A stretch of DNA of 64,000 nt from an uncultured Gammaproteobacteria bacterium (lineage in GTDB: Bacteria; Pseudomonadota; Gammaproteobacteria; JAURND01): the NCBI GenBank assembly GCA_963714975.1, contig CAVQQD010000002.1:64001-128000 (forward strand), read 5' to 3'. The position numbers and the translations under genes were made by a program. A model generated the notes under the pieces. That model was not told the origin of the DNA. It searched no databases and worked only from the letters and a program-made list of their open reading frames with translations. This document shows, one piece after another, positions 18,926 through 30,506 of this stretch (positions within the stretch are counted from its first letter, which is position 1; each line of letters begins with the position of its first letter).

Positions 18926-20630
18926 ATGCAACCGAAAAATAAAATACTGGTTACCACCGCTTTGACTTATGCCAATGGCTCGATTCATCTGGGTCATTTA
19001 GTCGAATACATTCAAGCCGATATTTGGGTACGCTTCCAAAAAATGTGTGGGCGTGATTGCTTATTCATGGGTGGTGATGATGCCCACGGCACGCCGATTA
19101 TGATCAGTGCCGAAAAGCAAGGGGTTAGCCCTGAAGAATTGGTCACGAAAATCTATCAAGAGCATCGTGAGGATCTTAGCGCGTTTCTACATTGACTTTG
19201 ACCATTATTACACGACCCACTCCCCTGAAAATCAGCAGCTAACTCATTTAATTTATCAACGCTTGCAACAACGGGGTGACATTACAACGCGCATGGTGCA
19301 GCAAGCCTATGATCCGATCAAAAAAATGTTTCTTCCAGACCGCTATGTCAAAGGGGAATGCCCACGTTGTGGCGCCAAAAATCAATATGGCGACAATTGT
19401 GAAGTTTGTGGCGCCACTTATTCCCCCACCGAGTTACGAAATCCTATTTCGATTCTTTCCGGAGAACCCCCAGTGCAAAAAGAATCGTTGCATTATTTTT
19501 TTTCTTTGGGGAAGTATACTGAGATGTTGCAGAATTTTACCCAGGCGGGCCATCTGCAAGAACAAGTGGCTAATAAATTACTGGAGTGGTTTCAAGCAGG
19601 TTTGCAAGCTTGGGATATCTCGCGGGATGCCCCCTATTTTGGCTTTGAAATTCCTGGTGCGCCAGGCAAATATTTCTATGTTTGGTTAGACGCGCCGATT
19701 GGTTATATTGCTAATTTCGAAAATTTTTGCAGCTTAAACCCTCAATACCAATTTGATGAATATTGGCAGCAAGACAGTCCAGTGGAGTTGTATCATTTTA
19801 TTGGTAAAGACGTGGTTTATTTTCATGCCCTGTTTTGGCCGGCTATATTAGAGAGCAGCCAATTGCGTAAGCCTTCTGCGATATTTGTCCATGGGTTTTT
19901 GACCGTGAATGGGCAAAAGATGTCAAAATCCAGAGGGACTTTCATTACTGCTCAAGAATATTTAGCGCATTTAGATCCAGAATATTTACGTTATTATTTT
20001 GCGGCGAAATTAAATAGTCGAGTGGACGACATTGATTTTAATTCACTGGATTTTGTCCAGCGCATTAATGCCGATTTAGTCGGGAAGGTTGTTAATATTG
20101 CGAGTCGATCAGCAGGCTTTATAAGCAAATTATTTGCTGGGAATTTAGCCGATGAGTTAGCTGAACCGGCCTTGTTTCAAGAATTTGTTCAAGCAGGAGA
20201 TCGGATCGCTGCATTTTATGCTGGACGTGATTATCATCTTGCGGTTCGTGAAATTATGGCTTTAGCTGATCGCGCTAATCAATACATAGACTCAGTAAAA
20301 CCTTGGGTATTAGCAAAACAGCCTGATCAATTACCGCAGTTGCAGAAGATTCTTAGCTTAAACTTAAATTTGTTTAAAATTTTAATGACTTATTTAAAAC
20401 CGATCCTTCCGAAAACAGCATTAGCCAGCGAAGAGTTCTTAAATATTCCCGCCATGGATTGGATGAGCCGTGGGATTCCTTTGTTAAAGCATAGTATCCG
20501 GCCGTTTCAGCCACTATTGCAGCGGGTGGAAGCCCAGGTGGTGATGCAGTTGATTAAAAGCAGCGAAGATTTTACATCCTTGCAGCCTGGATCCCGGCAT
20601 CCTGCCGGGACGACGGGGGATTTGCCATGA
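18926..20630 (+). CDS. metG: Methionine--tRNA ligase (short form) with an apparent 1-nt insertion near 19184-19190
   Basis: [13 protein letters not shown] in one frame; Zn knuckle and KMSKS in the next; removing one base gives AFYIDFDHY. Confidence 0.93.
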
Positions 20631-20681
20631 CGATGGGTGATTTGCCATGACAACGGGCGGTTTGTCGATGCCGGGTGGGTC

Positions 20682-21116
20682 ATGAACGGTGACAATCAAT
20701 ATCAATTAGTCGCTGTCATTCGTGAAGAAGCCTGCATTGGTTGCACGAAATGTATTCCAGCGTGTCCGGTGGATGCGATTTTGGGCGCAGCAAAGCAAAT
20801 TCATACCGTGATTGCCACAGAATGTACTGGCTGTCAGTTATGTTTGCCGCCCTGTCCTGTGGATTGTATTGAGATCCGACAGGTCCCCTTGCCATCGCCC
20901 GAGCAGCGACAGCAACGCGCCCGCAAAGCACGGCAACGGGTGCAGACACTGCAACTACGTTTGACTAAAGAAGATAGGATAAAAGACTTTCAGAACCAAG
21001 AAAAAGCCGTTATTCTGAGGGAGACGAGAGCTGAAGTTTTGGCCGCCATCCAGAGAATGAATGAAAAAATTAAGCAACCTAAGAAGGAGGACACGATCCG
21101 TGACTGCAAAGGATAA
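20682..21116 (+). CDS. RnfB/RsxB-like 2x[4Fe-4S] ferredoxin, N-terminally short
   Basis: [16 protein letters not shown] and [16 protein letters not shown]; between metG and nth. Confidence 0.85.
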   Translation: MNGDNQYQLVAVIREEACIGCTKCIPACPVDAILGAAKQIHTVIATECTGCQLCLPPCPVDCIEIRQVPLPSPEQRQQRARKARQRVQTLQLRLTKEDRIKDFQNQEKAVILRETRAEVLAAIQRMNEKIKQPKKEDTIRDCKG

Positions 21117-22245
21117 AATTATTAAATTTGCCAAGCTAGCCGATATCGAGATTAATGGCTCACGCCCCTGGGATATCCAAGTGCATGATGAACGGTTTTA
21201 TTCCGAAGTCTTGCAACGTAAGATGCTGGGGTTAGGCGAGAGTTATATGGCGGGGTGGTGGGATTGTAGTGAATTAGATGAATGTGTGCTGCGTTTTATC
21301 CAAGCTAGTACTGAAAGAAAATTAAAATACCGGTTTATGCTCTACCTGCACGGTATGGTGCAAGCGATCATTAATTTTCAAACCAAACGACGTTCTCAGG
21401 AAGTGGCAAAGCGACATTACGATCTTGGTAATGATCTGTTTCAGGCAATGTTGGATGAGTGCATGATTTATAGCTGTGGTTATTGGGAACAAGCAAATGA
21501 TTTAAATCAAGCCCAGCAACAAAAGTTAGCGCTAGTATGCGAAAAATTGGAATTAAAGCCGGGGATGCGATTATTGGATATCGGCTGTGGTTGGGGAGGG
21601 CTCGCGAAATATGCCGCTTTGCACTATGGGGTGGAAGTCGTCGGGATTACTATTTCTAAAGAACAAGCACGTTTAGCTAAAGAAGTTTGTGCCGGGTTGC
21701 CGGTGGAAATTCGTGTGCAGGATTATCGTGATTTAAAAGGCCAATTTGATCGGATCGCTTCTTTGGGCATGTTTGAGCATGTTGGAAAGAAAAATTATCG
21801 ACGGTTTATGCGCCAAGTCAAAAAATCTCTTAAACCTAATGGCTTATTTTTATTACACACTATCGGCAATAATCAATTAGTACCCACGCCGCAAAATGAA
21901 TGGATTAGAAAATATATTTTTCCTAATGGAGAATTACCTTCCATCGAGCAACTGGGCCAAGCCTGGGAAGGAATTTTCTTAATGGAGGATTGGCATAATT
22001 TTGGGGCTTATTATTATCAGACTTTGAAAAGTTGGCATCACAATTTTAATCAATACTGGGAAAAGTTAAAACTTAATTACGACGACACCTTTCGTCGGAT
22101 GTGGAATTTTTATTTGCTGATTTGTGCTGGAGCAGCAAAAGCCCGAGATTTTCAGGTTTGGCAAATTGTTTTATCCAACGGCGTGGCAGGAGGCTATCAG
22201 TCAGTACGCAGAATCCCGCATCATGAATGCGCGACAACGCAATGA
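21061..22245 (+). CDS. cfa: Cyclopropane fatty acyl phospholipid synthase
   Basis: [42 protein letters not shown]; start may be GTG 21100. Confidence 0.95.
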   Translation: MKKLSNLRRRTRSVTAKDKIIKFAKLADIEINGSRPWDIQVHDERFYSEVLQRKMLGLGESYMAGWWDCSELDECVLRFIQASTERKLKYRFMLYLHGMVQAIINFQTKRRSQEVAKRHYDLGNDLFQAMLDECMIYSCGYWEQANDLNQAQQQKLALVCEKLELKPGMRLLDIGCGWGGLAKYAALHYGVEVVGITISKEQARLAKEVCAGLPVEIRVQDYRDLKGQFDRIASLGMFEHVGKKNYRRFMRQVKKSLKPNGLFLLHTIGNNQLVPTPQNEWIRKYIFPNGELPSIEQLGQAWEGIFLMEDWHNFGAYYYQTLKSWHHNFNQYWEKLKLNYDDTFRRMWNFYLLICAGAAKARDFQVWQIVLSNGVAGGYQSVRRIPHHECATTQ

Positions 22246-22858
22246 GTTATTTCAGCGGCTGGCGCAGGCTAATCCTGCTCCTATGACTGAATTGCGTTAT
22301 AGCAGCGATTTTGAATTGCTGATCGCGGTGATTTTGTCAGCTCAAGCAACGGATCAACGAGTCAACTTGGTGACAGAGCAGCTGTTTGTCATTGCGGATA
22401 CGCCGCAAAAAATGCTGTACTTGGGTGAGGAAGGTTTAAAATCTTATATTAAGAGTATTGGTTTGTATCATGCGAAAGCCAGCAATATTTTGCGAACTTG
22501 CCAATTATTGGTCGATCGCTATCATGGTAAAATTCCTCAGCAACGAGAAGATTTGGAGGGATTACCAGGGGTAGGAAGAAAGACGGCCAATGTCATTTTA
22601 AATACCTTATTTGGTCAAGAAACCATTGGCGTGGACACGCATGTTTTTAGGGTGGCTAATCGGACAGGTTTGGGGCGAGGTAAGAATGTGCGAGCAGTGG
22701 AGATGGCGCTGGAAAAAAATGTTCCCCCGGTGTTTAAAAAACCCGCGCATCACTGGTTAGTGTTGCATGGTCGTTATATTTGTACCGCAAGAAAACCTAA
22801 GTGTCCTCAATGCCTGATTAATGATTTATGTGAATATGACTATAAAACCAGAGAATAA
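22223..22858 (+). CDS. nth: Endonuclease III
   Basis: LSAQATD, LPGVGRKTANV, VDTHVFRV, C-x6-C-x2-C-x5-C. Confidence 0.97.
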   Translation: MNARQRNELFQRLAQANPAPMTELRYSSDFELLIAVILSAQATDQRVNLVTEQLFVIADTPQKMLYLGEEGLKSYIKSIGLYHAKASNILRTCQLLVDRYHGKIPQQREDLEGLPGVGRKTANVILNTLFGQETIGVDTHVFRVANRTGLGRGKNVRAVEMALEKNVPPVFKKPAHHWLVLHGRYICTARKPKCPQCLINDLCEYDYKTRE

Positions 22859-23885
22859 TATCTCCCCCTCACCCTACCCTCTCCCACCAGGGGAGAGTGG
22901 ATTGCGTAGTTGGCAGAAAGCATTGGCTGATGTCATTACCGATCCTCAGGAATTGGGGGAAATTCTTAATTTAGATCCCCAAATAATTCTCTCCGCAATT
23001 AAATCAGAATCAGGTTTTGCGCTACGTGTACCTCGTGCATTTGTGGCACGCATGAGTAGGGCAAATCCAGATGATCCTTTACTAAAACAAGTATTGCCGC
23101 AAAGTGCTGAACTTTTAATGGGGCAAAGCTATCGAGCCGATGCGTTACAAGAGCGAGCGAAGAGGCCAATACCGGGTTTATTGCATAAATATCATGGCCG
23201 TGTGCTAGTGATTGTGGCGGGTAGTTGCGCGATCCATTGTCGCTATTGTTTTCGTCGGCATTTTCCTTATGCAGAAAATGCCTTAAGTGAGACAGATTGG
23301 GACAAAATATTGGATTATATTGCAGCTGACCCTAGCTTGCATGAGGTCATTTTTAGTGGTGGCGATCCTTTATTAGTAAAAGATAAAGTTTTGGCTGAGA
23401 TTGCGGCAAAAATTGCGTGTATTCCGCAGGTGCGAACATTGCGCTTACATACGCGAGTGCCCATTGTGATTCCTGAGCGAATTAATGATGAATTATTAGC
23501 TTGGTTGACGAGTACGCGTTTGCATACGGTGGTAGTGGTGCATGTCAATCATCCAAATGAACTGGATGCGCCATTACAACATAGTTTAAGGAGATTGCGT
23601 GCCGCAGGGGTGACGGTGTTAAATCAATCTGTGTTGCTGAAAGGAGTGAATGATCATGCTGATATTTTGATTGAATTAAGCCATAAGTTATTTGCTGCTG
23701 GAGTGATGCCCTATTACTTAAATGTGTTAGATAAAGTGCAAGGAGCGATGCATTTTGCGGTGCCTGATAGTGAGGCACAAAAACTTCTGGGGCAAATGAT
23801 GCAATATCTCCCGGGATATTTAGTGCCTAAGCTGGTGCGAGAACAGCCAGGCGCATTGTCTAAATTGCTTTTGCTGCCACTATAA
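22836..23885 (+). CDS. epmB: EF-P beta-lysylation radical SAM protein (lysine 2,3-aminomutase)
   Basis: GLLHKYHGR, CAIHCRYCFRR, SGGDPL, LNQSVLL, GYLVPKLVRE. Confidence 0.93.
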   Translation: MTIKPENNISPSPYPLPPGESGLRSWQKALADVITDPQELGEILNLDPQIILSAIKSESGFALRVPRAFVARMSRANPDDPLLKQVLPQSAELLMGQSYRADALQERAKRPIPGLLHKYHGRVLVIVAGSCAIHCRYCFRRHFPYAENALSETDWDKILDYIAADPSLHEVIFSGGDPLLVKDKVLAEIAAKIACIPQVRTLRLHTRVPIVIPERINDELLAWLTSTRLHTVVVVHVNHPNELDAPLQHSLRRLRAAGVTVLNQSVLLKGVNDHADILIELSHKLFAAGVMPYYLNVLDKVQGAMHFAVPDSEAQKLLGQMMQYLPGYLVPKLVREQPGALSKLLLLPL

Positions 23886-24311
23886 AATAAAGGCGTGGAG
23901 ACAACTCATAAAATAAGAGATAACGGCAGATAACGCCGCAACACCAATTAACCACCCCGCCTTAAAGCTATAATCAAAAAAACGTGCTCGAATTTCACCC
24001 TGCACTTGATTGCGCATCCCTAAGCGCTCTTTAATAGCGGACATATCTTCTTTAAGTTTTCCAAGTTCTTGATGGAGTTCTTGATGGAATTCATGTTTGA
24101 GCTCAGTCCTAACTAGTTGAAATTCATGCCTGACTTCATTTTTAAATTGTTGAATTTCATGTTTCAGATTGCTGATTTGTTCTGTCAACGGGCTAATAGC
24201 TTGGGTGATCGACATTTCGATTTTCCTGTCAGTAAGTTCATTGTGCAGATGGAATAAATTTTTTTGTTCTTGGTGTTGCATTATTTTCTTCCTCGTCATT
24301 ACAAGAGTCAA
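23880..24311 (-). CDS. Hypothetical coiled-coil protein with C-terminal TM anchor
   Basis: Heptad-like HEFQ/HEFHQELHQEL repeats, hydrophobic C-terminus. Confidence 0.7.
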   Translation of the reverse strand: MTLVMTRKKIMQHQEQKNLFHLHNELTDRKIEMSITQAISPLTEQISNLKHEIQQFKNEVRHEFQLVRTELKHEFHQELHQELGKLKEDMSAIKERLGMRNQVQGEIRARFFDYSFKAGWLIGVAALSAVISYFMSCLHAFIL

Positions 24312-24397
24312 GGAAAGAATATATTGATGCTATTTTTCGTTCAATACCGTAGACGACATGAAAAATGATTTCTCTAATTCCATTCGAAAATTCCTAA

Positions 24398-24779
24398 TTG
24401 TCTCAAGAAACCGGAGAAAAAGTTATAACCTTAGCACAACAGTGGCGTGAAGAAGGGCGCCAAGAAGAAAGGTTGATAATAGCTGCCTCTATGTTAGAAC
24501 AAGGCTTTAGTCCCGAGATGATTGTTCAACCTAGATTCGGCAGTAGAAACCTACTGCGAGGGCTTAATACATTGAATCTCCCGCTTATTTTTATATTTTT
24601 TTTCTTTCACCGTACGGGTGAGTACGCCTTCAAGAAAAAAACTTAAAAATAATCAAGATCTTCAACGTCTTAAGCCCTCTCGCTACGGTTTCTACTGCCG
24701 AATCTAGGTTCAAGTCCTCACCGACTTATCTATAGACAAGATTTGTAGTTTGAAAAAAAACCTATTGTGGATAAGTTAG
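24398..24779 (+). pseudogene. C-terminal remnant of an Rpn/PD-(D/E)XK transposase-like protein, interrupted by a MITE
   Basis: TLAQQWREEGRQEE..IAASML..G....I; after removing the MITE it continues VQVLTDLSIDKI. Confidence 0.7.
24530..24708. mobile_element. 179-bp MITE with 22-bp TIRs and a 5-bp TTCAA target duplication (IS1380-like ends)
   Basis: CCTAGATTCGGCAGTAGAAACC ... GGTTTCTACTGCCGAATCTAGG; TTCAA at 24525-24529 and 24709-24713. Confidence 0.9.
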
Positions 24780-24898
24780 TATAGATTGGTAGACAAAAAT
24801 TCGTAACTTTCTCTTTAATGCAATGTTGAACAATGTATCAGCATAAGTTAGTTAATTATGAAGACTACCCTGGAAGTAGGAAGACCTGCAATGAGAGT

Positions 24899-25201
24899 TC
24901 ACCTTGCAGCTGGCTGTTCAGAACCTCTGTTAGTTAGATATTCCTTCTCTTGTCGTTCATATTCCCCGCCAAGTGATGCCATAAGAAGTGCAAAAAAGAT
25001 CAGCTCCACTTGTAACACAGGCATAACTATAAGATCACCAAATGATCTCTTAAGGTCTTGTAGGGGAAGAAAATGAAAAAATAAAACGTTTCCTAGTATC
25101 GCTGTTGCTGTTATAGCACTGACCGATTTAAAGGTATTTGAAACAAATGTTGACTTGTTTATTTTAAAAGCCTCTGTGGGTAATTCAGTACTTGGTTGCA
25201 T
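24899..25201 (-). CDS. Hypothetical 2-TM protein
   Basis: ATG with AGGA upstream; two hydrophobic segments. Confidence 0.55.
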   Translation of the reverse strand: MQPSTELPTEAFKINKSTFVSNTFKSVSAITATAILGNVLFFHFLPLQDLKRSFGDLIVMPVLQVELIFFALLMASLGGEYERQEKEYLTNRGSEQPAAR

Positions 25202-25219
25202 ATTTAATTTCCTATTAGA

Positions 25220-25489
25220 TTAAATTTTCATTAATTTAACAAATAATTCATTGGTTCGCAATAATTTTTTTGGGGTGTAGCGGCAATAGGGTTCGAAGAT
25301 TTTGTCACACTGATCCTCAGGAGTACCGATTCCACAGTCGCTCACGGCAAAGCGAATTAACCATTGGTGTGCTTGTTCAGATTCAACCGCAGTTTGTAAG
25401 CGCACAAATCCTTTGGGTTCGTATTGATATTGACTTTGACTGAAATGCAAATATTTCTTAAGGGCGGCCATGGCGGGGATGTAAGGCAC
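25220..25489 (-). pseudogene. Fragment of a histidine-kinase HATPase domain
   Basis: PKGFVRL...IRFAVSDCGIG.P.....IFEP (G1/F boxes) without H box or G2. Confidence 0.65.
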
Positions 25490-25497
25490 TCCTTCGA

Positions 25498-26694
25498 TTA
25501 TTTGATTGCTATCTGACTCACTATGATAAGCAACGAAAACAGGATTAATAGTAAGTAACCGAATTTATTGATCTGTGGTTGGTAGCCATGAGCAATTTTT
25601 TTCCAATAGCGGCCGCTCCAAGACATCAGTACCGGCAGAATGCCCAGTAAAATTGCTACAAAGATTCCAGCGTAACCCAAGGCGAGAATAAATCCATTCG
25701 GGTAAAGGTAAGCAAAAATCAAGGGTGGAAGAAAAGTGGCTATTAGAGTGAGAATGCGGCCATTACGAGTGCGCGGGATTCGTAAGCTGTCCATTAGGTA
25801 ATCAAATAAGCTGAAAGAAACACCAGTAAAAGAGGTGATGATGGCAAAAAAAGTAAATGCTTTAAATAAGTTGCCGATCCAATGATATTGCAAAATGTGA
25901 TCGATAGCCTTACCTAGCCCTGAGCCAGGTTGACCTTGTTCCATGATACTGTTTAGACCATTTTCGCCAGTTAGCGGTACTACTCCTAAGATCGCTGTCT
26001 GCCATAAAATATAAATTAACAAGGGGATGCTACTGCCGATGAGAATAGCTAAGCGTAATTTCATGGCGTCATCTTTTAAATACACGCGTAAACTAGGAAT
26101 GACATTTTGAAAACCAAAAGAAGTGATGGCGATGGGCAGAGCTAACCAAATTTTATTGGGGCTGCTATGCATGAGCGGGGTGAGCTGCACGTGGGGCGCC
26201 AAGAAAAAAAGCACACCGAATAAGGTTAGAAGTTTGGCTGAGAAGAATAATCGATTTAAATAATCTACAGTATGAGTACCGCAATACACAGCGACGCCAA
26301 CTAATAGAATCATTAGTAATGCTCCAGAACCTTTCCTGATGGGGAGATTAAATGCATTTTGTACGATGGATTGGACGAGATCTCCCATGCCAGAAACATA
26401 GGCAGCCATTAAAGAATAGAACAAGCAGGCATAGGTGATCCAGGCAATAATTTTACCTCCGACCCCCAGGGTGGCGGTGGCCATGCCTACGATGTTAGTT
26501 CCAGGTTTTAACCATAAATTTACTTCTAATATGAGCAATCCTGAGATAGTCATAATTGCCCAACAAATTACAAATAAAATAAGCGATGGTAAAAATCCGT
26601 AGGTTCCAGTAGAAACAGGGAGTGCTAACATACCGGCGCCTATAGATGTTCCAGCGATCAGAAGCATTGAGCCTAAAAATTTATTAGTTTGCAT
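25498..26694 (-). CDS. Aromatic amino acid permease (HAAAP, TyrP/Mtr-like)
   Basis: LIAGTSIGAGMLALP, TSFGFQNVIPSL, FILALGYAG. Confidence 0.93.
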   Translation of the reverse strand: MQTNKFLGSMLLIAGTSIGAGMLALPVSTGTYGFLPSLILFVICWAIMTISGLLILEVNLWLKPGTNIVGMATATLGVGGKIIAWITYACLFYSLMAAYVSGMGDLVQSIVQNAFNLPIRKGSGALLMILLVGVAVYCGTHTVDYLNRLFFSAKLLTLFGVLFFLAPHVQLTPLMHSSPNKIWLALPIAITSFGFQNVIPSLRVYLKDDAMKLRLAILIGSSIPLLIYILWQTAILGVVPLTGENGLNSIMEQGQPGSGLGKAIDHILQYHWIGNLFKAFTFFAIITSFTGVSFSLFDYLMDSLRIPRTRNGRILTLIATFLPPLIFAYLYPNGFILALGYAGIFVAILLGILPVLMSWSGRYWKKIAHGYQPQINKFGYLLLILFSLLIIVSQIAIK

Positions 26695-26742
26695 TAGTAG
26701 TTCTCTTAACACACCCCCTCCCACCTTCGGGGAAGAGGGAAC

Positions 26743-28968
26743 TTATTTAACCTCTATCCGATCAATACGCGAAAATGCTCGTGGTAAACGTTGTCCGCGT
26801 CGGCCTCTTTCCCCTACAAAATTAGCACAATCTTTAGGCGCAAGAGATAGGCTGCGTTTTCCCATCCACAAGATCAAAGTATCTTCTTTGCCAAGAACCG
26901 CACTGTCAATCATATATTCATCCGCTGCTTTACTGGCGGGGATTCCAAGCATTTTATTGCCTTTGCCGCGGGGTAATTGAGGTAATTCAGCAAGCGGAAA
27001 TAGGAGTAAATAGCCAGTATTGGTGACGGCAGCGACATATTGTTGCTGGATGTTCTGGATTAAGCGGGGAATTAAAACTTGTGCATTTTTTGGTAAGGTT
27101 AAAATGGCTTTGCCGGCTTTATTTTTTGAAATCAGTTCGTTGAGTGAAGTAATAAACCCATAGCCCGCGCTGGATGCGAGTAAATAATGTTGCTTTTCTT
27201 CACCTAACAAAACCGCCACAAAATGGGTATTAGGTGCAGGTTTTAAGCGACTGGTTAATGGTTCACCTAAACCTCTTGCAGAGGGCAAGTTATGCGCAGC
27301 TAAGGAATAGCTACGGCCACTGGAGTCGAGAAACACAGCCGCTTGATTACTGCGTCCCTGTGCTTGTGCCAGAAAGTTATCTCCCGATCGATAGCTGAGC
27401 TTGGCCCCCTCAATATCGAAGCCTTTTGCTGCACGAATCCAGCCTTTTTGTGAGAGCACCAGCGTGATCAGTTCAGTAGGCAACATAGCTTCTTCGGCAA
27501 TGGCTTGGGCGCTAGTGCGCGCAACAATCGGTGAACGGCGCGCATCTCCAAATTTTTCCGCATCGGCAAGAATTTCAGCGCGAATTAATTGCTTTAATTT
27601 TGTTGTTGAACCTAAGGTATTTTCCAATTGCTTGCGTTCCGTAGCCAGTGTTTTTTGTTCGCCGCGAATTTTAACTTCTTCTAATTTAGCCAAATGGCGT
27701 AACTTGAGGTCTAAAATGGCATCTGCTTGCAGGCTGCTTAAATTGAAGCGCTGCATTAAGACTGGCTTGGGCTCATCTTCTTGGCGAATGATGGCGATTA
27801 CTTCATCGAGGTTAAGATAGGCAATTAATAAACCTTCAAGAATATGCAGACGTGCGAGCACCTGGTCTAAACGGAATTGCAAACGCCGTTGCACTGTCTG
27901 CTGACGGAATTCGAGCCATTCACGTAATAGTTGTAGCAAGTTTCGTACTTGAGGTTTGCCGTCAATGCCAATTAGGTTGAGATTGACGCGATAACTGCGT
28001 TCTAAATCTGTAGTGGCAAATAAATGCAGCATGAGTGCGTCGACATCCACGCGAGCTGAGCGTGGCGTAATCACCAAACGTGTCGGATTTTCATGATCAG
28101 ATTCGTCGCGCAAATCTTCCACCATGGGCAATTTTTTGGCTTGCATTTGTTGCGCTATTTGCTCCATTACCCGAGAGCCTGAGGTTTGATACGGTAGCGC
28201 GGTAATAATGATGTCAGCATTTTCTTGGATGTAAACTGCTCGCATTCGGATGCTGCCGTTGCCGGTCCGATAAAGTTCGCGTATTTCTGCTGCGGAAGTA
28301 ATAATTTCTGCTTCCGTTGGGTAGTCCGGGCCCAAGATATGTGCGTTGATTTCTTCTAGGGTTGCTTTGGGATGGTCCAATAGATGAATGCAGGCAGCAG
28401 CTATTTCTCGTAAATTATGGGGTGGAATGTCGGTTGCCATGCCTACGGCAATGCCGGTGGCCCCATTGAGTAACACATTGGGTAAGCGGGCAGGTAATAA
28501 ACGAGGTTCTTCTAGCGTGCCATCAAAATTGGGGACCCAGTCGACAGTTCCTTGCTCTAATTCTGCGAGTAATAGTTGTGCATAAGCAGTTAAACGTGAT
28601 TCGGTATAGCGCATGGCAGCAAAGGATTTCGGGTCATCTGGAGATCCCCAATTTCCTTGGCCATCGACTAAGGGGTAGCGATAAGAGAAATTTTGCGCCA
28701 TGAGTACCATGGCTTCATAGCAGGCCATGTCGCTATGAGGATGATATTTACCTAAAACATCGCCCACAGTACGGGCGGATTTTTTGAATTTAGCAGTATT
28801 TTTTAACCCAAGTTCAGACATGGCATAAATAATCCGGCGCTGTACTGGTTTTAGGCCATCGCCAACGTGGGGTAGGGCTCGATCCAAGATGACAGACATG
28901 GAATAATCGAGATAAGCTTTTTCGGCAAAATCTCGCAGTGATTGGCCTTCTATATTTTCTTGTGCCAT
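26743..28968 (-). CDS. parC: DNA topoisomerase IV subunit A
   Basis: [33 protein letters not shown]. Confidence 0.97.
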   Translation of the reverse strand: MAQENIEGQSLRDFAEKAYLDYSMSVILDRALPHVGDGLKPVQRRIIYAMSELGLKNTAKFKKSARTVGDVLGKYHPHSDMACYEAMVLMAQNFSYRYPLVDGQGNWGSPDDPKSFAAMRYTESRLTAYAQLLLAELEQGTVDWVPNFDGTLEEPRLLPARLPNVLLNGATGIAVGMATDIPPHNLREIAAACIHLLDHPKATLEEINAHILGPDYPTEAEIITSAAEIRELYRTGNGSIRMRAVYIQENADIIITALPYQTSGSRVMEQIAQQMQAKKLPMVEDLRDESDHENPTRLVITPRSARVDVDALMLHLFATTDLERSYRVNLNLIGIDGKPQVRNLLQLLREWLEFRQQTVQRRLQFRLDQVLARLHILEGLLIAYLNLDEVIAIIRQEDEPKPVLMQRFNLSSLQADAILDLKLRHLAKLEEVKIRGEQKTLATERKQLENTLGSTTKLKQLIRAEILADAEKFGDARRSPIVARTSAQAIAEEAMLPTELITLVLSQKGWIRAAKGFDIEGAKLSYRSGDNFLAQAQGRSNQAAVFLDSSGRSYSLAAHNLPSARGLGEPLTSRLKPAPNTHFVAVLLGEEKQHYLLASSAGYGFITSLNELISKNKAGKAILTLPKNAQVLIPRLIQNIQQQYVAAVTNTGYLLLFPLAELPQLPRGKGNKMLGIPASKAADEYMIDSAVLGKEDTLILWMGKRSLSLAPKDCANFVGERGRRGQRLPRAFSRIDRIEVK

Positions 28969-29065
28969 ATAAATTGATTTCTCAGTAATTATCGGTATTC
29001 TTCTTCAGAAGATCCTTTTTCCCTCGTGGGAGAGAGCTAGGGTGAGGGAGCATATTATAAACTAA

Positions 29066-29758
<693 letters not shown>

Positions 29759-29759
29759 A

Positions 29760-29836
29760 ATCCCCTCTCCCAGTCTCTGCGGTCGTCATTGCTTCCTCGC
29801 TTCGCAATGACGGCCGCAGAGACTGGGAGAGGGGAT
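29760..29836. repeat. Long hairpin between convergent genes (possible bidirectional terminator)
   Basis: ATCCCCTCTCCCAGTCTCTGCGG..CGTCATTGC-loop-GCAATGACG..CCGCAGAGACTGGGAGAGGGGAT. Confidence 0.85.
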
Positions 29837-29849
29837 GAAAACTCACTAA

Positions 29850-30299
29850 CTAAGCTGAAGGCATTGATTCGCCACTCATTGCTTTTGCTTTGCTGGGTCT
29901 GCCGCGTTTTGTAGCTCGTTTTGCTGGACGTACGCTTTTTTTAGCTTTGGCGGATTTGGCTTTAGGCCCTCCTCGAGTCTTTAATTTTTTGCCAAGGCGT
30001 TTGGATAATTTTTTAGCATAACGCTTTTCAAACTTTTCAGCGGCGGATTCTACTACTTTACGTTTGGCTTCTTCTCGCTTAGCAACTTCTTGCTCCAGAG
30101 TATGCATTGCTTTTGCCATAGCAGCAGCTTCTGCCTCTTTAAGCTTTTCCTTGAACTCTGCAGTCTTTGCTTTTAATTGAGCGGTTAACTCTTTTTTAAG
30201 CGCTTTAGCGTGACTTATTGCGGCACGCAATTTAGCTTTCATTGCATGAGCTGGGTTAGCAGCAACTTTTTTGGCTTTAACTTTTCTGACTTTCGGCAT
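29850..30299 (-). CDS. Histone H1-like basic nucleoid protein (Hq1-like)
   Basis: Very Lys/Ala/Arg-rich, KRGRP AT-hook-like motif, GGAG RBS before MPKVRK. Confidence 0.75.
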   Translation of the reverse strand: MPKVRKVKAKKVAANPAHAMKAKLRAAISHAKALKKELTAQLKAKTAEFKEKLKEAEAAAMAKAMHTLEQEVAKREEAKRKVVESAAEKFEKRYAKKLSKRLGKKLKTRGGPKAKSAKAKKSVRPAKRATKRGRPSKAKAMSGESMPSA

Positions 30300-30506
30300 T
30301 ATTAAATCTCCTGAAAAATGGTTCGTTGAAAAAGGGGGCATCTTTAAAAATTTGCGCATTTTAACGGTGTAGGCCCCTGATGCTTTCTTCTTTTGCAGTT
30401 TTAAACGGAATTTTTTTAGAGATGCCCCCTAAATTTCCCTTAAAAATGCGAGAGTCAGTTTACTAGGAAATAGCAAGATGTAAAGTAATATTTGCATTAT
30501 TTGGCT

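Noticed and set aside
19107-19195. Programmed frameshift in metG
   Set aside because: No slippery site or stimulator seen; sequencing error is simpler
27401-27820. Long antisense ORFs (also 46204..46638, 56941..57330 and others)
   Set aside because: Shadow frames of well-supported genes
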